Below are positions 1-10,621 of a stretch of DNA of 64,000 bases, one piece after another (positions within the stretch are counted from its first letter, which is position 1; every line of letters begins with the position of its first letter). The notes beneath the pieces were generated by a model. It was given only the letters and a program-made list of their open reading frames with translations, was not told the origin of the DNA and made no database searches. The translations under genes and the position numbers were made by a program. The stretch lies in the sequence record SRR20825019_46. One strand, written 5' to 3'.

Positions 1-18
1 CCTTTGTAGGCCACTTTG

Positions 19-92
19 TCGGGATGACTGGATTCGAACCAGCGACCACACGCACCCCATGCGTGTACGCTACCAGACTGCGCCACATCCCG
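19..92 (-). tRNA. tRNA-Pro (anticodon GGG)
   Basis: Reverse complement CGGGATGTGGCGCAGTCTGGTAGCGTACACGCATGGGGTGCGTGTGGTCGCTGGTTCGAATCCAGTCATCCCGA folds as a cloverleaf: acceptor CGGGATG/CATCCCG, anticodon stem CACGC/GCGTG with loop ATGGGGT, T-loop GTTCGAATC. CCA not encoded. Confidence 0.97.
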
Positions 93-103
93 AAAAGGGA
101 TTG

Positions 104-111
104 CAAAAATA
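104..111 (-). promoter_or_regulatory. Bacteroidota sigma70 -7 element (TAnnTTTG) for tRNA-Pro
   Basis: CAAAAATA on + reads TATTTTTG on -, 11 nt upstream of the tRNA 5' end. Confidence 0.65.
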
Positions 112-206
112 TAAATTTTGGTGATACTATCACCCAGCACAACTAAAACTTTTTTGGTGCTAAGTTAGTCCTTGTTGAAGTCATTTTTCAAGAACAGGAC
201 CTCCAC

Positions 207-3200
207 TTACTCCCTATATAGTGTAAAGTGGCCTACAAAGCGTTGTTTTTCAGTGTCGTTTGCATTTACCACGTACCAGTAGTCTCCTGTTGGAAGAGGT
301 TTTCCATCATAGTTTCCGTCCCATTTTTTCACCTGGTCCAAATGTGCAACCACTCTACCATAGCGGTCATAGATAATCACATCTATATGTGGGAAGTATT
401 CACGGTTCCCGGGATACCAATAGTCGTTCATGTTATCACCGTCAGGAGTAAAGAAATTGGGCATTTCCGGCATTCCTTCAAAATTAAATGGCATTACAAG
501 AGTGGCCTCACAACCATTTTGGTCACGCACCATAATGGTGATATTAGAATCTTGTATGATATTAAAGACATTCTCTTCACCAAAAGATTCTCCTTGGAAG
601 AAGTACTCATAACCTCCAAAACCCCCAGTTGCAATAGCCGTGACTTCATCAGGACCTGTTTTGGTCGCTTCCAAAGTCAGTGGCTCATAAGCTTCAACTT
701 CAAACTCAACAAAGGTTACACATCCGTTAGCATGATAAATGTAAACGGTGTGCCCTCCCGCTGGTAAATCACCAAAAATCCGCTGATTGGTAGCCATCTG
801 TATGTCATCCACATCCAAAGAGAACAATAGATTTGACAATTGGGAACCATCCGCAATATTTATGGTGACCGTACTATTTGGGAATATACCCTCACAACCA
901 TACTCCACAACCGGTTCGGCAACAATATCCACACCTATTCCAATTTCAGCAATCACATTGGTCTGGCAACCATTGGCGTCACGAACAAAAACCACATAGG
1001 ATTCACCCCCTTGAAGGTTATCGAAGAACAGACTATCATTTTGTACAAAGTCTGCATCGTCCGCAGAATTTACACTTGTATAATAGGGTCCCGTTCCTCC
1101 GGTAACTTCAAGAATCATGCTACCGTCTCCATCTCCCATACAGGTTTCCGGGGTAGTTTCCACAACTCCAGCCAAAAGTTCCATAGGCTGTGTAATCTCT
1201 ACCGTTCTGGTAATGGTACAACCTAAATCATCCTGAATAATGATGTCATAGGTTCTCGGAGCCAAATCATTGAAGGTTTTCCTATTTGGATTGGCTGGGT
1301 CATCACCTTCGAAGAATTCACTTAACGTATCGGAGATGGAATATCTTATCTGACCTGTTCCCCCACTTGCTTCAATAATAATCTGTCCGTTCATATCCCC
1401 TGCACACAATACAGGCACAGCTTCCAAATAATCCAACACCAATGGGTCTTTTGGTTCAATATCAATCGGGGTCGACATCACTTCACATCCACCACTCTGA
1501 GCATATACAAAGTATGTTCCGGGGTTAAGTTCCCTGAATATCCCTGAATCCTGGGTCGGGCGTACAATAGATGAAGCCGTCACAGGCAGCGTGTTGGAGT
1601 TGACCAAGGTATAGGTATAATTTCCAATCCCACCAAAAGCTTCGGAACGAATGATTCCCGTGGCTTCACCTGCACAGTTGATGGTTGCATTGGTCAAATC
1701 TAGGTTGATGACCAATGGTGCAGCAGGGTCCAAAGAAACTAAGTTGGATGTTTCATAAGGACACCCATTGTCGTTTTGTACTTCGTATTGGAATGGACCT
1801 GCATCAGTACTAATATCCGCAGAAATTTGAACACTTGTCACACCTGCTCCGAAATCAACAAATACATCACTTGTTCCCGCTCTTCGGTAAGAATAATTGA
1901 CTCCCGGTTCTGGATTGGTCACTCTAAGTTCCATTAAACCTAGATTCCCACAACCAGGCGGTTGAAGCTCCCTCAATTCAGCAACCACTATTTCCGGATC
2001 TAAAATGGTTATCTCATCTGTTTGGGCGCTACAGTTCCAGCCATCAAAAATGGTAATCCTGTAGACCCCTTCGGACAAATTACCAAAACGAGGGGTAGTC
2101 TGTAAACCACTATTGGTACCGTCCGTAATTCTGTTTAATTGATATAGATAGTTTCCGGGTCCTTGACCACCTGCTTCGTTATAAGCCTCAATTATGGCAT
2201 CGTTATCATTGTTACAGGCCAACGGACTCACAATACGAATATCCGCTGTAATATCTATTGGAGGTGGCAAGAATAAGTTTCCGCTAGATTCACAGCCTTC
2301 TATGTCTCTGACATTTACCGTATAGGTGTCGGTTGATAGATTTTCGAATACTGGATTGGTGTTTGGATAATCTACCACAATGGTTCCATCGGAAGCAACC
2401 AATTGGTATTCGTAGGTTCCCCATCCTCCATCTCCTGAAGCTGTGATCTCTCCCAAACCAGGCACATTACAGGTAACCGGGGAAGTTTGCAATAAGTCAA
2501 CGGTGAGCCCCCTATCCGGAGATCGTACCGTGGTAACATTGCTGACGGTATCACAATATGGTGAATCCAAAGCTTCTATACGCACTACCAAGTTGCCTGC
2601 AGGAACATTTTCAATACGCTCTGGAGTGTTGATAGGTGAATTGGTATCGAAAGTACCGGTTATGCCCGTAGAAGTCTCTACCCCAGAATTATCTCGGGTG
2701 AACACTTCATAATTATATTGACCATTATAATTATTGATATCCAAACTGATGACGCCATCCGAACCATTGAAACACATTACCGGTTCCACTTCGGCGATAA
2801 CAGCTTCAATAGTATTATACTCTGGCATATTGACGGTAGCCGTCAAATAAGTACATCCGCCACTTCCCACATCGGTAACCGCAAAAATGTAGTTGCCGGG
2901 CGTAGCAATATCCCAAGTGACCCTATCACTTCCTCCTGAACTACGGGCAGGTTCGGAGCCCAAGGGCAGTATCTGCACTTCATAATCTCCAGGACCCTCG
3001 TTTACTATGATATCAATGGAACCTGCGCTTACGCCACTTCCTGATGCATCACAGGTAATCGGATTCACATTGTAGCTGAAAGTAATATCTGTAGGAGTGT
3101 TGATGTTTACCGTATCGGTAATTTCACATCCGTTTTGATCCCTTGCGGCAAGGACAATGGTCTGATTGGTTCCATTATCGATTACTTCAAAAGTGTTGCT

Positions 3201-6200
3201 TGTTTGAAAATTGGTTCCATCAAATTGTGGGGTTCCATCATTCATACTGTACGTGAACGACCCCGACCCGGTAGCCGCTCCTGTTCCGTCACCATTGGTA
3301 TCGGTGTATATTGTGATGGTTGCCGTACTAAATTGGTTGCTCGATGGATTACAACTGAACTCGGTATTGACCGCATTAATCTGAACTTGCGTAGGTTCGT
3401 CTATTATGATATCCCCTGAACGATCGGTACATCCCCTATCGGAAACTACCTCAACTTGATAGGTTCCTTGTGGTAAATTATCAAAAAGATTGGTTAATTG
3501 CGGTCCTGCCACAATTGTTGATGTTGAACCTTGGTACAATACATAGTTTATCGGGGTATCGGTAGCGGTTAACGGGTCCAATTCCACAGAAATGGTTCCA
3601 TCATCAGCTCCAAAACAGGTGATATCGCTTTTTGGTGTGGCGGTAATAGCAGGTGTATCCACTGTGGAGACAATCACCTCAGCTTCATCGGAACATAAAG
3701 GACTTGTATTTGAATCCAAATCCGTCACCAAGATATTGTAATCCCCGGGATCTACATTATTGAACACATTATTGGATTGAGGCAGCCCTATATCCGTTAG
3801 TGTAGCGGCATCCCTTAATTGATACCTAAAATTACCACTACCCCCCGTGGTATTCACGGTAATTACACCATCACCCGCATTACAAGTGGGATACGATGTT
3901 GCATCTGCTGAAATCGCGAAGAAATCAAATACCTCTGCTGTTACCGTGTTCGTACATCCGTTCCCGTCCCTTACGGTGATCACATAGCTTCCCGGATTAG
4001 GAACAACAAATGACGTACTTGATTGGAAACCGCTTCCAAGATCATATTGAAAAGTATTTTCTGGCTCCGGACCCGTTGTAAGTGGAGAAACAATATTGAT
4101 TTGATACCCACTTGTGGCGGTACATTGATTTACCACGTCGATTACGGGGTCGGGAACGCCTGCTTCTTGGGTCACTGTAAGTGTGGTCATGGCGGTACAG
4201 CCATTGGCATCCTGTGCATAAAAATCGTAAGCTGCAGGGTATGGTCCTGGAACTTCAAAAGTAGTTTCCGATGTAAATGTGGATGGTGCTGCACCTCCAT
4301 TTGGCACATAGGCATAACTGTATGGTTCCGTGCTTCCAAAGCCTCTTACCGTAACCAAAGCTCCTGCATTACAGGTAGCTTCCACAAAATTGTCGATGGC
4401 TATGGAGACGGAACTGATATCGATGAAAGCTAAAGTACTTCCACTACATCCGTTGGTGTCGTCGGTAACAATGATTTGATAGTTTCCGGGAGCCAACCCT
4501 GTTACCGTTCCATTGTACGGTATGGTTTCACCAGTAAATGTATCTGTTGAAACGGTTGCCCCAGTATCCGTATTCTCGACGGTCACGGTAAAATTGCCCG
4601 GTGCCGAAATTCCAGAGACCTCATAGTCAATGGAACCGCTGCCCGCTACGTTACACGAAGCCGCCAATGATGTTGCGGTTACCGCAACAGGGTTAGTTGG
4701 ACCGATGGGGTCAATTTCTTCAATATAGGTACAGCCGTTAGCATCCCTTACCTCTACAAAATAAGTGACTCCTGGAACCACTTGACCGGTTACATCAAAA
4801 ATATCGTTGTTAGGGCCCTCTCCAAGTGTCCATGTCGGGTCTCCCACAAGTCTAAATTCATAAGGGTCGGTCCCCCCACTGGCCTGAACACGATATGGGA
4901 ATGAAGTATCAGAACATATGGTTGGTTCTGCATTAATAGGTGTCAAATCCAATTGATTTTGGTCGATAACCACCTGAACGCGGTCCTCGCACCCAAGAGC
5001 ATTGGTTACTACCACGGTATAGTTCCCTAGTGGTAGGTTAGGAAAATTCACAGTTGTATTTGTGGTTCCTGTAGATGAACTTACGGTTCCACCAAATTCA
5101 TCTACCAACACATAATCATAAGGTGCTGCACCACCAGAAGCTATATTCGCTTCAATAGATCCATAAACTTGATTAAATATTGATGAGCAAACGGCATCCG
5201 TAGGCGTGGCTGTGACTTCCAATGGGGCACTGGAACCTATGGTTACATCGTATATCGGGCTGATACATCCTCTGCTATCGCGAATTACAAAACCGGTATG
5301 TGTTCCCGCTCCATATCCTGAAAATATGTTCTGGCTGCCAAAGGTTGTCCCTCCATCATTACTGTATTCATAGGGAGGGATTCCTTGGGTGGTATCCGGA
5401 ATCAATTCCACAATACCACTTGTATCATCCCCACATTGTGTGTCTGTTCCCACCACACTACCTGCAATGGTCTCAGGTGGCGAAATTGTCACGGTATTGG
5501 TTTCCGTGGTACAGCCTCGTGCATCGGTAATAGTAAATTGAAAGGTAGTATCAGAAATAATAGAACCATCATTCGGAATACTGTACACAAAGGAATTTCC
5601 TGTAATGTTGTTATTATCCGTAGTATATGGAGCACCGTTGATGCTCACTTCATAAGTACCATAATCGCCTGATGAGGTGTATCCATTGCTAATGTTTACC
5701 TGTATTTGACCAGGAGGTCCTGCACAATCCAGCTCTTGAATAGTTGTGGCACTCGCCATTAATTGAGGTTCGATAGTGGCGGTTATAGTATCCCTACAAT
5801 CGTTGGCGTCCACCACCTCAATGGTATAGGTTCCTGGTGTAAGGCCCGCAAAACTATTGCTTGCCCCCAATACACCATTGTTGATTCGATATTGGTAAGG
5901 TGCCAATCCGCCCGAAGCATTTACCACAAGGGTAGCTGCTGTAAAGTTGTCATAACAAAAATCAGAAGCTCCCATATCCAATGTAAGGGTCGGAGCATCC
6001 AAACGAGTCAATGTAAAACTATCGGTAACGGTACATCCGTTGGCATCGGTCACACTAACTTGATAGGTTCCTTCTTGTGAAAGATTGGAGAAGGTACTCC
6101 CGTTCTTTGGTCCTCTTGTGGAACCATCGGGCTGGGTCAACGTATATCGATTACCTCCCCATCCCCCAACGGTATTAACCCGTACAGCACCTGTATTTGC

Positions 6201-8522
6201 ATTTTGGCAGCTCATTGCAGTAACATCCAAACCGGAGATACTGAAAGCTGTGGATGGTTCTTCTATCACCAATGTGGCCGTATCGGTACAATTGGTTTCT
6301 TCATCGGTCACCGAAATCACGTAGCTTCCGGCAGCCAACCCTGTCAATGCTATAATGCTATTGGTTTGACTTGTGGAAACCGGTCCGCCATCAATACTAT
6401 AACTATAAGTAGAGTTGAATCCATCTACCAGAAACCTTCCCTCTCCGTCGGAATCGCCAACGCAGGTAACCACTCGGGTCTGTTGGCCCTGCACTCCTAT
6501 AGAACTGATATCGGTAATGGCATAGTTTTCTTCATAAGAACACCCCTCATCATCGGTCACCCTAAAAGTATAAGTTCCTAATCCCAAACCTGCAAACGTA
6601 TTATTGTTCCCATTGTTTACGGCACTGGCTGATGGAGATATAATTTCATAGGTATAAGTGCCCGAACCACCCGTTACGCTCAAATCCAAAGAGGCCGTAG
6701 TGGTGATACAATCCAAGCTGGAGATACTGAAATCAATATCCGTTGGCTTGTTCAAGGTGTTAAAAGGAATATCCGGTAAGGTTTGCACACATCCGTTTGC
6801 ATCTCGAACCATGGGGGTATACGTTCCCACACCCAAATTTGGAAACACATTGTTGCTTCCAAAACCGGCTCCAATACTATATTCATATGGTGCCGTTCCC
6901 CCGGAAACTCCAGAAATGGTTATTTGTCCTCCATTTTCATCGGTACAATCCGGGAAACTATCTGGTACAGCCGATGCCAATATGGTAGATGGCGTTCCTA
7001 TAGTTACTGTTTGGGGCGTGGTTGTACAGGTAAAAGAATCTTGCTCATACCTCAGCACCAAATCGTAAGTACCCGGTGCCAAGTTTGAAAACACATTGCT
7101 TATCTGAAAACTACTTCCATTATTAATGCTGTACGTAATTTCATAACCGAATCCGCTGGTTACGTTTACGGTTACCCTACCGTCGTTGGCGCCACCACAA
7201 TTGGCATCTTCTTCCGTAAAATTGAATACTGGTGGCGGAATATTTTCAACATCTACAGCAGCAGTCCGTTGACATCCGTTCGCATCTTCAACCAAAATAT
7301 TGTAGGTTCCAGCAGTTGAAACGGAAAAGCTTGATGTACTGGAATAAGTTGCACCAAAGGGCCCTCCATCCACACTAAATCGATAAGGTGCGGTACCTCC
7401 GGCGGTAGACACATTAACATTTACAGATGTTGCGCCGCATCCAAAACTGTCGGATGCAGTAGCTGAAACCGCCAATGGGCTTATTCCTCCTCCTATTACG
7501 ATTGGGTCGCCATCAATATCGGTAGTAACCATTTCAGAACAGTTATTGGTTTCTACACGAATGTTGTAAGTGCCGGGACTTACATTGGCAAAAGTATAAG
7601 TATCTGAACCGTTGGGACCAAAAGTGTCCACGGTAACACCGTTTTTCACCAATCTATAAGTATAAAAACCAGGAACTCCCGACACGGCCACGTCTATGCT
7701 CCCCAATTCTCCGCTACATAAAATATCATGCGTAGTAACATCTACATTGATATCCAAATCTTCAACCCTCAACATATTTGATGGAAAAACGCAGGCGGTT
7801 TCGGAAACATTTTTCAATCGAACATAAACACGATAATCCCCAGGGGCCGTAATATCAAAAAACGGGTCATCTTGGTAAGGCCCTGCTTGACTGTTCAAAC
7901 TGTATTCGTAACCTGCGGGAACATTCGTAACCTCCACTCTTCCCGGGCTCCCACAAACGATATCTTCCTTGATAAGTTGAGGATTCAACGGGTTAAGTGT
8001 TGATTTGAAGTAATAATATTGACCAGAATTTACTCGTACTCGAAATTCCCCTGCAGTGGCCAGGTTAAAGGTAGCTCCAGTACCAACTGTATTCCATGTA
8101 CAGGCATTATTAATAGTAGGACAATCTTCCACCACAGTAGGTGCACAACTATTTGGATCTAATTGCTGCCATTGGTAAGAACTCCCCGACTGACTTAGCG
8201 TAAGTGTTCTAGTATCGCTAGTACCGCACAAAAAGAACTTGGCCACCGTGCTCCCATCATTGGGGCAGGTAACCTCTTGATTGGCACCATTGATTATGGT
8301 AGCAAACATTACGGTCGTTGCGAACAGCTCTCTTTCTTCGTTGGACGCATTTTTTGAGGTTGCATCTAGATTCTTTTCTTGGGTATCGGCCTCTGTTGTT
8401 TTGGAAACCATATTTACTATAGCCCGAGCAACATGAGTTTTTGCTAATACTGTAGAACCGAAGATTGAAATGAACACCAACAACACGGCATATAATAAAT
8501 GCCTTGTTTTTTGTGGGAGCAT
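207..8522 (-). CDS. Large SprB-repeat surface adhesin with T9SS type-B C-terminal sorting domain
   Basis: 2771-aa ORF with N-terminal signal peptide, more than 20 degenerate SprB-type units (GG.xPYxY...PGTY.V.V.DxNGC) and a C-terminus matching type-B CTD motifs (PNFFTPDGDNMND, IYDRYGR, WDG, LPTGDYWY, GHFTLYR). Confidence 0.9.
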   Translation of the reverse strand: MLPQKTRHLLYAVLLVFISIFGSTVLAKTHVARAIVNMVSKTTEADTQEKNLDATSKNASNEERELFATTVMFATIINGANQEVTCPNDGSTVAKFFLCGTSDTRTLTLSQSGSSYQWQQLDPNSCAPTVVEDCPTINNACTWNTVGTGATFNLATAGEFRVRVNSGQYYYFKSTLNPLNPQLIKEDIVCGSPGRVEVTNVPAGYEYSLNSQAGPYQDDPFFDITAPGDYRVYVRLKNVSETACVFPSNMLRVEDLDINVDVTTHDILCSGELGSIDVAVSGVPGFYTYRLVKNGVTVDTFGPNGSDTYTFANVSPGTYNIRVETNNCSEMVTTDIDGDPIVIGGGISPLAVSATASDSFGCGATSVNVNVSTAGGTAPYRFSVDGGPFGATYSSTSSFSVSTAGTYNILVEDANGCQRTAAVDVENIPPPVFNFTEEDANCGGANDGRVTVNVTSGFGYEITYSINNGSSFQISNVFSNLAPGTYDLVLRYEQDSFTCTTTPQTVTIGTPSTILASAVPDSFPDCTDENGGQITISGVSGGTAPYEYSIGAGFGSNNVFPNLGVGTYTPMVRDANGCVQTLPDIPFNTLNKPTDIDFSISSLDCITTTASLDLSVTGGSGTYTYEIISPSASAVNNGNNNTFAGLGLGTYTFRVTDDEGCSYEENYAITDISSIGVQGQQTRVVTCVGDSDGEGRFLVDGFNSTYSYSIDGGPVSTSQTNSIIALTGLAAGSYVISVTDEETNCTDTATLVIEEPSTAFSISGLDVTAMSCQNANTGAVRVNTVGGWGGNRYTLTQPDGSTRGPKNGSTFSNLSQEGTYQVSVTDANGCTVTDSFTLTRLDAPTLTLDMGASDFCYDNFTAATLVVNASGGLAPYQYRINNGVLGASNSFAGLTPGTYTIEVVDANDCRDTITATIEPQLMASATTIQELDCAGPPGQIQVNISNGYTSSGDYGTYEVSINGAPYTTDNNNITGNSFVYSIPNDGSIISDTTFQFTITDARGCTTETNTVTISPPETIAGSVVGTDTQCGDDTSGIVELIPDTTQGIPPYEYSNDGGTTFGSQNIFSGYGAGTHTGFVIRDSRGCISPIYDVTIGSSAPLEVTATPTDAVCSSIFNQVYGSIEANIASGGAAPYDYVLVDEFGGTVSSSTGTTNTTVNFPNLPLGNYTVVVTNALGCEDRVQVVIDQNQLDLTPINAEPTICSDTSFPYRVQASGGTDPYEFRLVGDPTWTLGEGPNNDIFDVTGQVVPGVTYFVEVRDANGCTYIEEIDPIGPTNPVAVTATSLAASCNVAGSGSIDYEVSGISAPGNFTVTVENTDTGATVSTDTFTGETIPYNGTVTGLAPGNYQIIVTDDTNGCSGSTLAFIDISSVSIAIDNFVEATCNAGALVTVRGFGSTEPYSYAYVPNGGAAPSTFTSETTFEVPGPYPAAYDFYAQDANGCTAMTTLTVTQEAGVPDPVIDVVNQCTATSGYQINIVSPLTTGPEPENTFQYDLGSGFQSSTSFVVPNPGSYVITVRDGNGCTNTVTAEVFDFFAISADATSYPTCNAGDGVITVNTTGGSGNFRYQLRDAATLTDIGLPQSNNVFNNVDPGDYNILVTDLDSNTSPLCSDEAEVIVSTVDTPAITATPKSDITCFGADDGTISVELDPLTATDTPINYVLYQGSTSTIVAGPQLTNLFDNLPQGTYQVEVVSDRGCTDRSGDIIIDEPTQVQINAVNTEFSCNPSSNQFSTATITIYTDTNGDGTGAATGSGSFTYSMNDGTPQFDGTNFQTSNTFEVIDNGTNQTIVLAARDQNGCEITDTVNINTPTDITFSYNVNPITCDASGSGVSAGSIDIIVNEGPGDYEVQILPLGSEPARSSGGSDRVTWDIATPGNYIFAVTDVGSGGCTYLTATVNMPEYNTIEAVIAEVEPVMCFNGSDGVISLDINNYNGQYNYEVFTRDNSGVETSTGITGTFDTNSPINTPERIENVPAGNLVVRIEALDSPYCDTVSNVTTVRSPDRGLTVDLLQTSPVTCNVPGLGEITASGDGGWGTYEYQLVASDGTIVVDYPNTNPVFENLSTDTYTVNVRDIEGCESSGNLFLPPPIDITADIRIVSPLACNNDNDAIIEAYNEAGGQGPGNYLYQLNRITDGTNSGLQTTPRFGNLSEGVYRITIFDGWNCSAQTDEITILDPEIVVAELRELQPPGCGNLGLMELRVTNPEPGVNYSYRRAGTSDVFVDFGAGVTSVQISADISTDAGPFQYEVQNDNGCPYETSNLVSLDPAAPLVINLDLTNATINCAGEATGIIRSEAFGGIGNYTYTLVNSNTLPVTASSIVRPTQDSGIFRELNPGTYFVYAQSGGCEVMSTPIDIEPKDPLVLDYLEAVPVLCAGDMNGQIIIEASGGTGQIRYSISDTLSEFFEGDDPANPNRKTFNDLAPRTYDIIIQDDLGCTITRTVEITQPMELLAGVVETTPETCMGDGDGSMILEVTGGTGPYYTSVNSADDADFVQNDSLFFDNLQGGESYVVFVRDANGCQTNVIAEIGIGVDIVAEPVVEYGCEGIFPNSTVTINIADGSQLSNLLFSLDVDDIQMATNQRIFGDLPAGGHTVYIYHANGCVTFVEFEVEAYEPLTLEATKTGPDEVTAIATGGFGGYEYFFQGESFGEENVFNIIQDSNITIMVRDQNGCEATLVMPFNFEGMPEMPNFFTPDGDNMNDYWYPGNREYFPHIDVIIYDRYGRVVAHLDQVKKWDGNYDGKPLPTGDYWYVVNANDTEKQRFVGHFTLYRE

Positions 8523-8674
8523 AGGTTAAGTCTTGTTAAGAAGAATATTCAGATTTGGGATCTCAACACTCTTTAATAGTAATTTTCTGTTCTTATAAAA
8601 TTTCTCTTTATCTTTTCTGGAACGACATAAAAAATGCCGTTTATCCATAAAATCTGTTATTTCAACGTAAAATT

Positions 8675-9793
8675 ATGCAAAATAGTCTCTTATTTCCCAT
8701 TTTTTTCGTTGTACTGCTAGGTACATCGTGCGCACAAACCCGTGACAAAGACATCAATACGCCAAAAACCCTTGATTTTACTAAGGAATTGGTAGTTGAT
8801 GGTATTCAGAACGGATGGGGTATGGTTTTCTTGCCCGATGGTGCTATTTTAACATCCGACAAATCCGGACGGCTACTTTTATATAAATCTGACATAACCG
8901 TGGAAATTGAAAATCCTCCAAAAGTTTACAATAGAGGACAAGGCGGTTTAATGGATATTGAACTACATCCAAACTACGGTAAAAATGGATGGATATATTT
9001 CTCCTATGCCTCAACCGAAGGTGATGATAAGGGAGGCCATACAGCCATAATGAGGGCGAAATTAGCCAATACCAAGCTGGTAGACATTCAGCAACTTTAC
9101 AAAGCAAGCCCCAACTCAACCAGAGGACAACACTTTGGATCAAGAATTGAATTTGACCAAAAGGGATACCTGTACTTTTCCATTGGAGAAAGAGGCAACA
9201 GAGATGTGAATCCACAAGATATTACCCGGGATGGCGGTAAAATTTATCGGTTACATGATGATGGCAGCATTCCCAAAGACAATCCGTTTGTTAATGAAAA
9301 AGGTGCAAAACAGGCCATATGGAGCTATGGACACCGAAATCCTCAGGGCCTGGCATTGCATCCGGAAACAGGGGTCTTGTGGGAACACGAGCATGGTCCA
9401 AGGGGCGGGTATGAAATTAATATTATTCAAAAAGGAAAAAATTACGGGTGGCCCGTTGTTACTTACGGTATCAACTATAGTGGTACAAAAATCACCGATG
9501 AAACCTCCAAACCGGGCATGGAACAACCATTATATCAATGGACGCCTTCCATTGCCCCATCTGGAATGACATTCGTTACATCGGATAAGTATCCAAAATG
9601 GAAAGGCAGCTTACTGGTCGGCTCTTTGGCATTTCAATATTTGGAACGATTAGAACTAAAGAACGACAAAATAATATACCGGGAAAAGCTACTGGATGGC
9701 ATAGGAAGGGTCCGCAATGTGCGCCAAGCCCCAGACGGTTTTATCTACGTTAGCGTAGAGGGCCAAGGCATTTATCGTTTGGTTCCTAAATAA
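8675..9793 (+). CDS. PQQ-dependent soluble aldose sugar dehydrogenase (YliI/GSDH family), probable lipoprotein
   Basis: GQGGLMDI, HFGSRI, IWSYGHRNPQG, HEHGPRGG, NYGWP, SIAPSG, GRVRNV motifs; lipobox-like GTSC. Confidence 0.88.
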   Translation: MQNSLLFPIFFVVLLGTSCAQTRDKDINTPKTLDFTKELVVDGIQNGWGMVFLPDGAILTSDKSGRLLLYKSDITVEIENPPKVYNRGQGGLMDIELHPNYGKNGWIYFSYASTEGDDKGGHTAIMRAKLANTKLVDIQQLYKASPNSTRGQHFGSRIEFDQKGYLYFSIGERGNRDVNPQDITRDGGKIYRLHDDGSIPKDNPFVNEKGAKQAIWSYGHRNPQGLALHPETGVLWEHEHGPRGGYEINIIQKGKNYGWPVVTYGINYSGTKITDETSKPGMEQPLYQWTPSIAPSGMTFVTSDKYPKWKGSLLVGSLAFQYLERLELKNDKIIYREKLLDGIGRVRNVRQAPDGFIYVSVEGQGIYRLVPK

Positions 9794-9798
9794 ATGGG

Positions 9799-10617
9799 TT
9801 ACTTTTTGAGTGCGTCTACCGCTAACTTCACCGAGCCATATTTCATTAACGCTTTTTCAGCATCTTTATAATCAAGACCAAGCTCCTCCATAATATAGCG
9901 GGTTCCTCTATCCACTAATTTGGTGTTGCTAAGTTGCATATTCACCATTTTATTTCCTTTTACCCTACCTACTCGAATCATAAGGGCTGTGGAAATCATG
10001 TTGAGCACCAATTTTTGGCTGGTACCACTTTTCATGCGGGTGCTACCGGTCAAGAACTCGGGCCCCACGTTCACTTCAATGGGAATATCGGTGGATTGAG
10101 CCAATGGTGAACCCGGATTGTTGGTAATTCCCACTGTTAAAATTCCATGGGCTTTGGCGTCAGCAACCCCGCCAAGAACATAAGGAGTGGTGCCAGAAGC
10201 AGCGATACCCACCAGAACATCATTTTCATTGATACTGTATTCCTGGAGGTCTTTCCAAGCTTGTGCCGTGTCATCTTCTGCATTTTCCACTGCTTTGCGA
10301 ATAGCTTGGTCCCCTCCTGCAATAAGTCCAACCACCTTATCGTAGGGCATTCCGAAGGTTGGCGGAATCTCAGAGGCATCAAGTATCCCAAGTCTTCCAC
10401 TTGTACCTGCACCAATATAAAATAGCCTGCCCCCTTTTTCAAAACGTTTGGCCATTTCATCAACCACTTTTGCCACTTGAGGGAGCACCAACTCAACAGC
10501 ATCCGCTATTTTCTTGTCTTCATTGTTGATATTGGTCACGATATCCAAAGTATCCATTTCATCCAATCGATCATAATTGGATGGTTCCTCAGTAATCTTG
10601 ATATGTTTCTCTACCAC
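9799..10617 (-). CDS. murQ: N-acetylmuramic acid 6-phosphate etherase
   Basis: GAGTSGRLGILDASEIPPTF, AVENAED, GIAASGTTPYV, GPEFLTGSTRMKSGTSQKLVLNMIST, N.KL.DR motifs; GTG start. Confidence 0.95.
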   Translation of the reverse strand: MVEKHIKITEEPSNYDRLDEMDTLDIVTNINNEDKKIADAVELVLPQVAKVVDEMAKRFEKGGRLFYIGAGTSGRLGILDASEIPPTFGMPYDKVVGLIAGGDQAIRKAVENAEDDTAQAWKDLQEYSINENDVLVGIAASGTTPYVLGGVADAKAHGILTVGITNNPGSPLAQSTDIPIEVNVGPEFLTGSTRMKSGTSQKLVLNMISTALMIRVGRVKGNKMVNMQLSNTKLVDRGTRYIMEELGLDYKDAEKALMKYGSVKLAVDALKK

Positions 10618-10621
10618 TACT

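Noticed and set aside
168-200. GTCCT...AGGAC imperfect hairpin after the adhesin stop
   Set aside because: Interrupted stem with no convincing U-tract; too weak to call a terminator.
19-206. tRNA-Pro as the attachment site of a genomic island
   Set aside because: The tRNA 3' end points out of the window; no integrase or duplicated tRNA fragment was seen.
228-7088. Many plus-strand ORFs (up to 179 aa) opposite the adhesin gene
   Set aside because: Antisense shadows of a long coding frame; no recognisable motifs.
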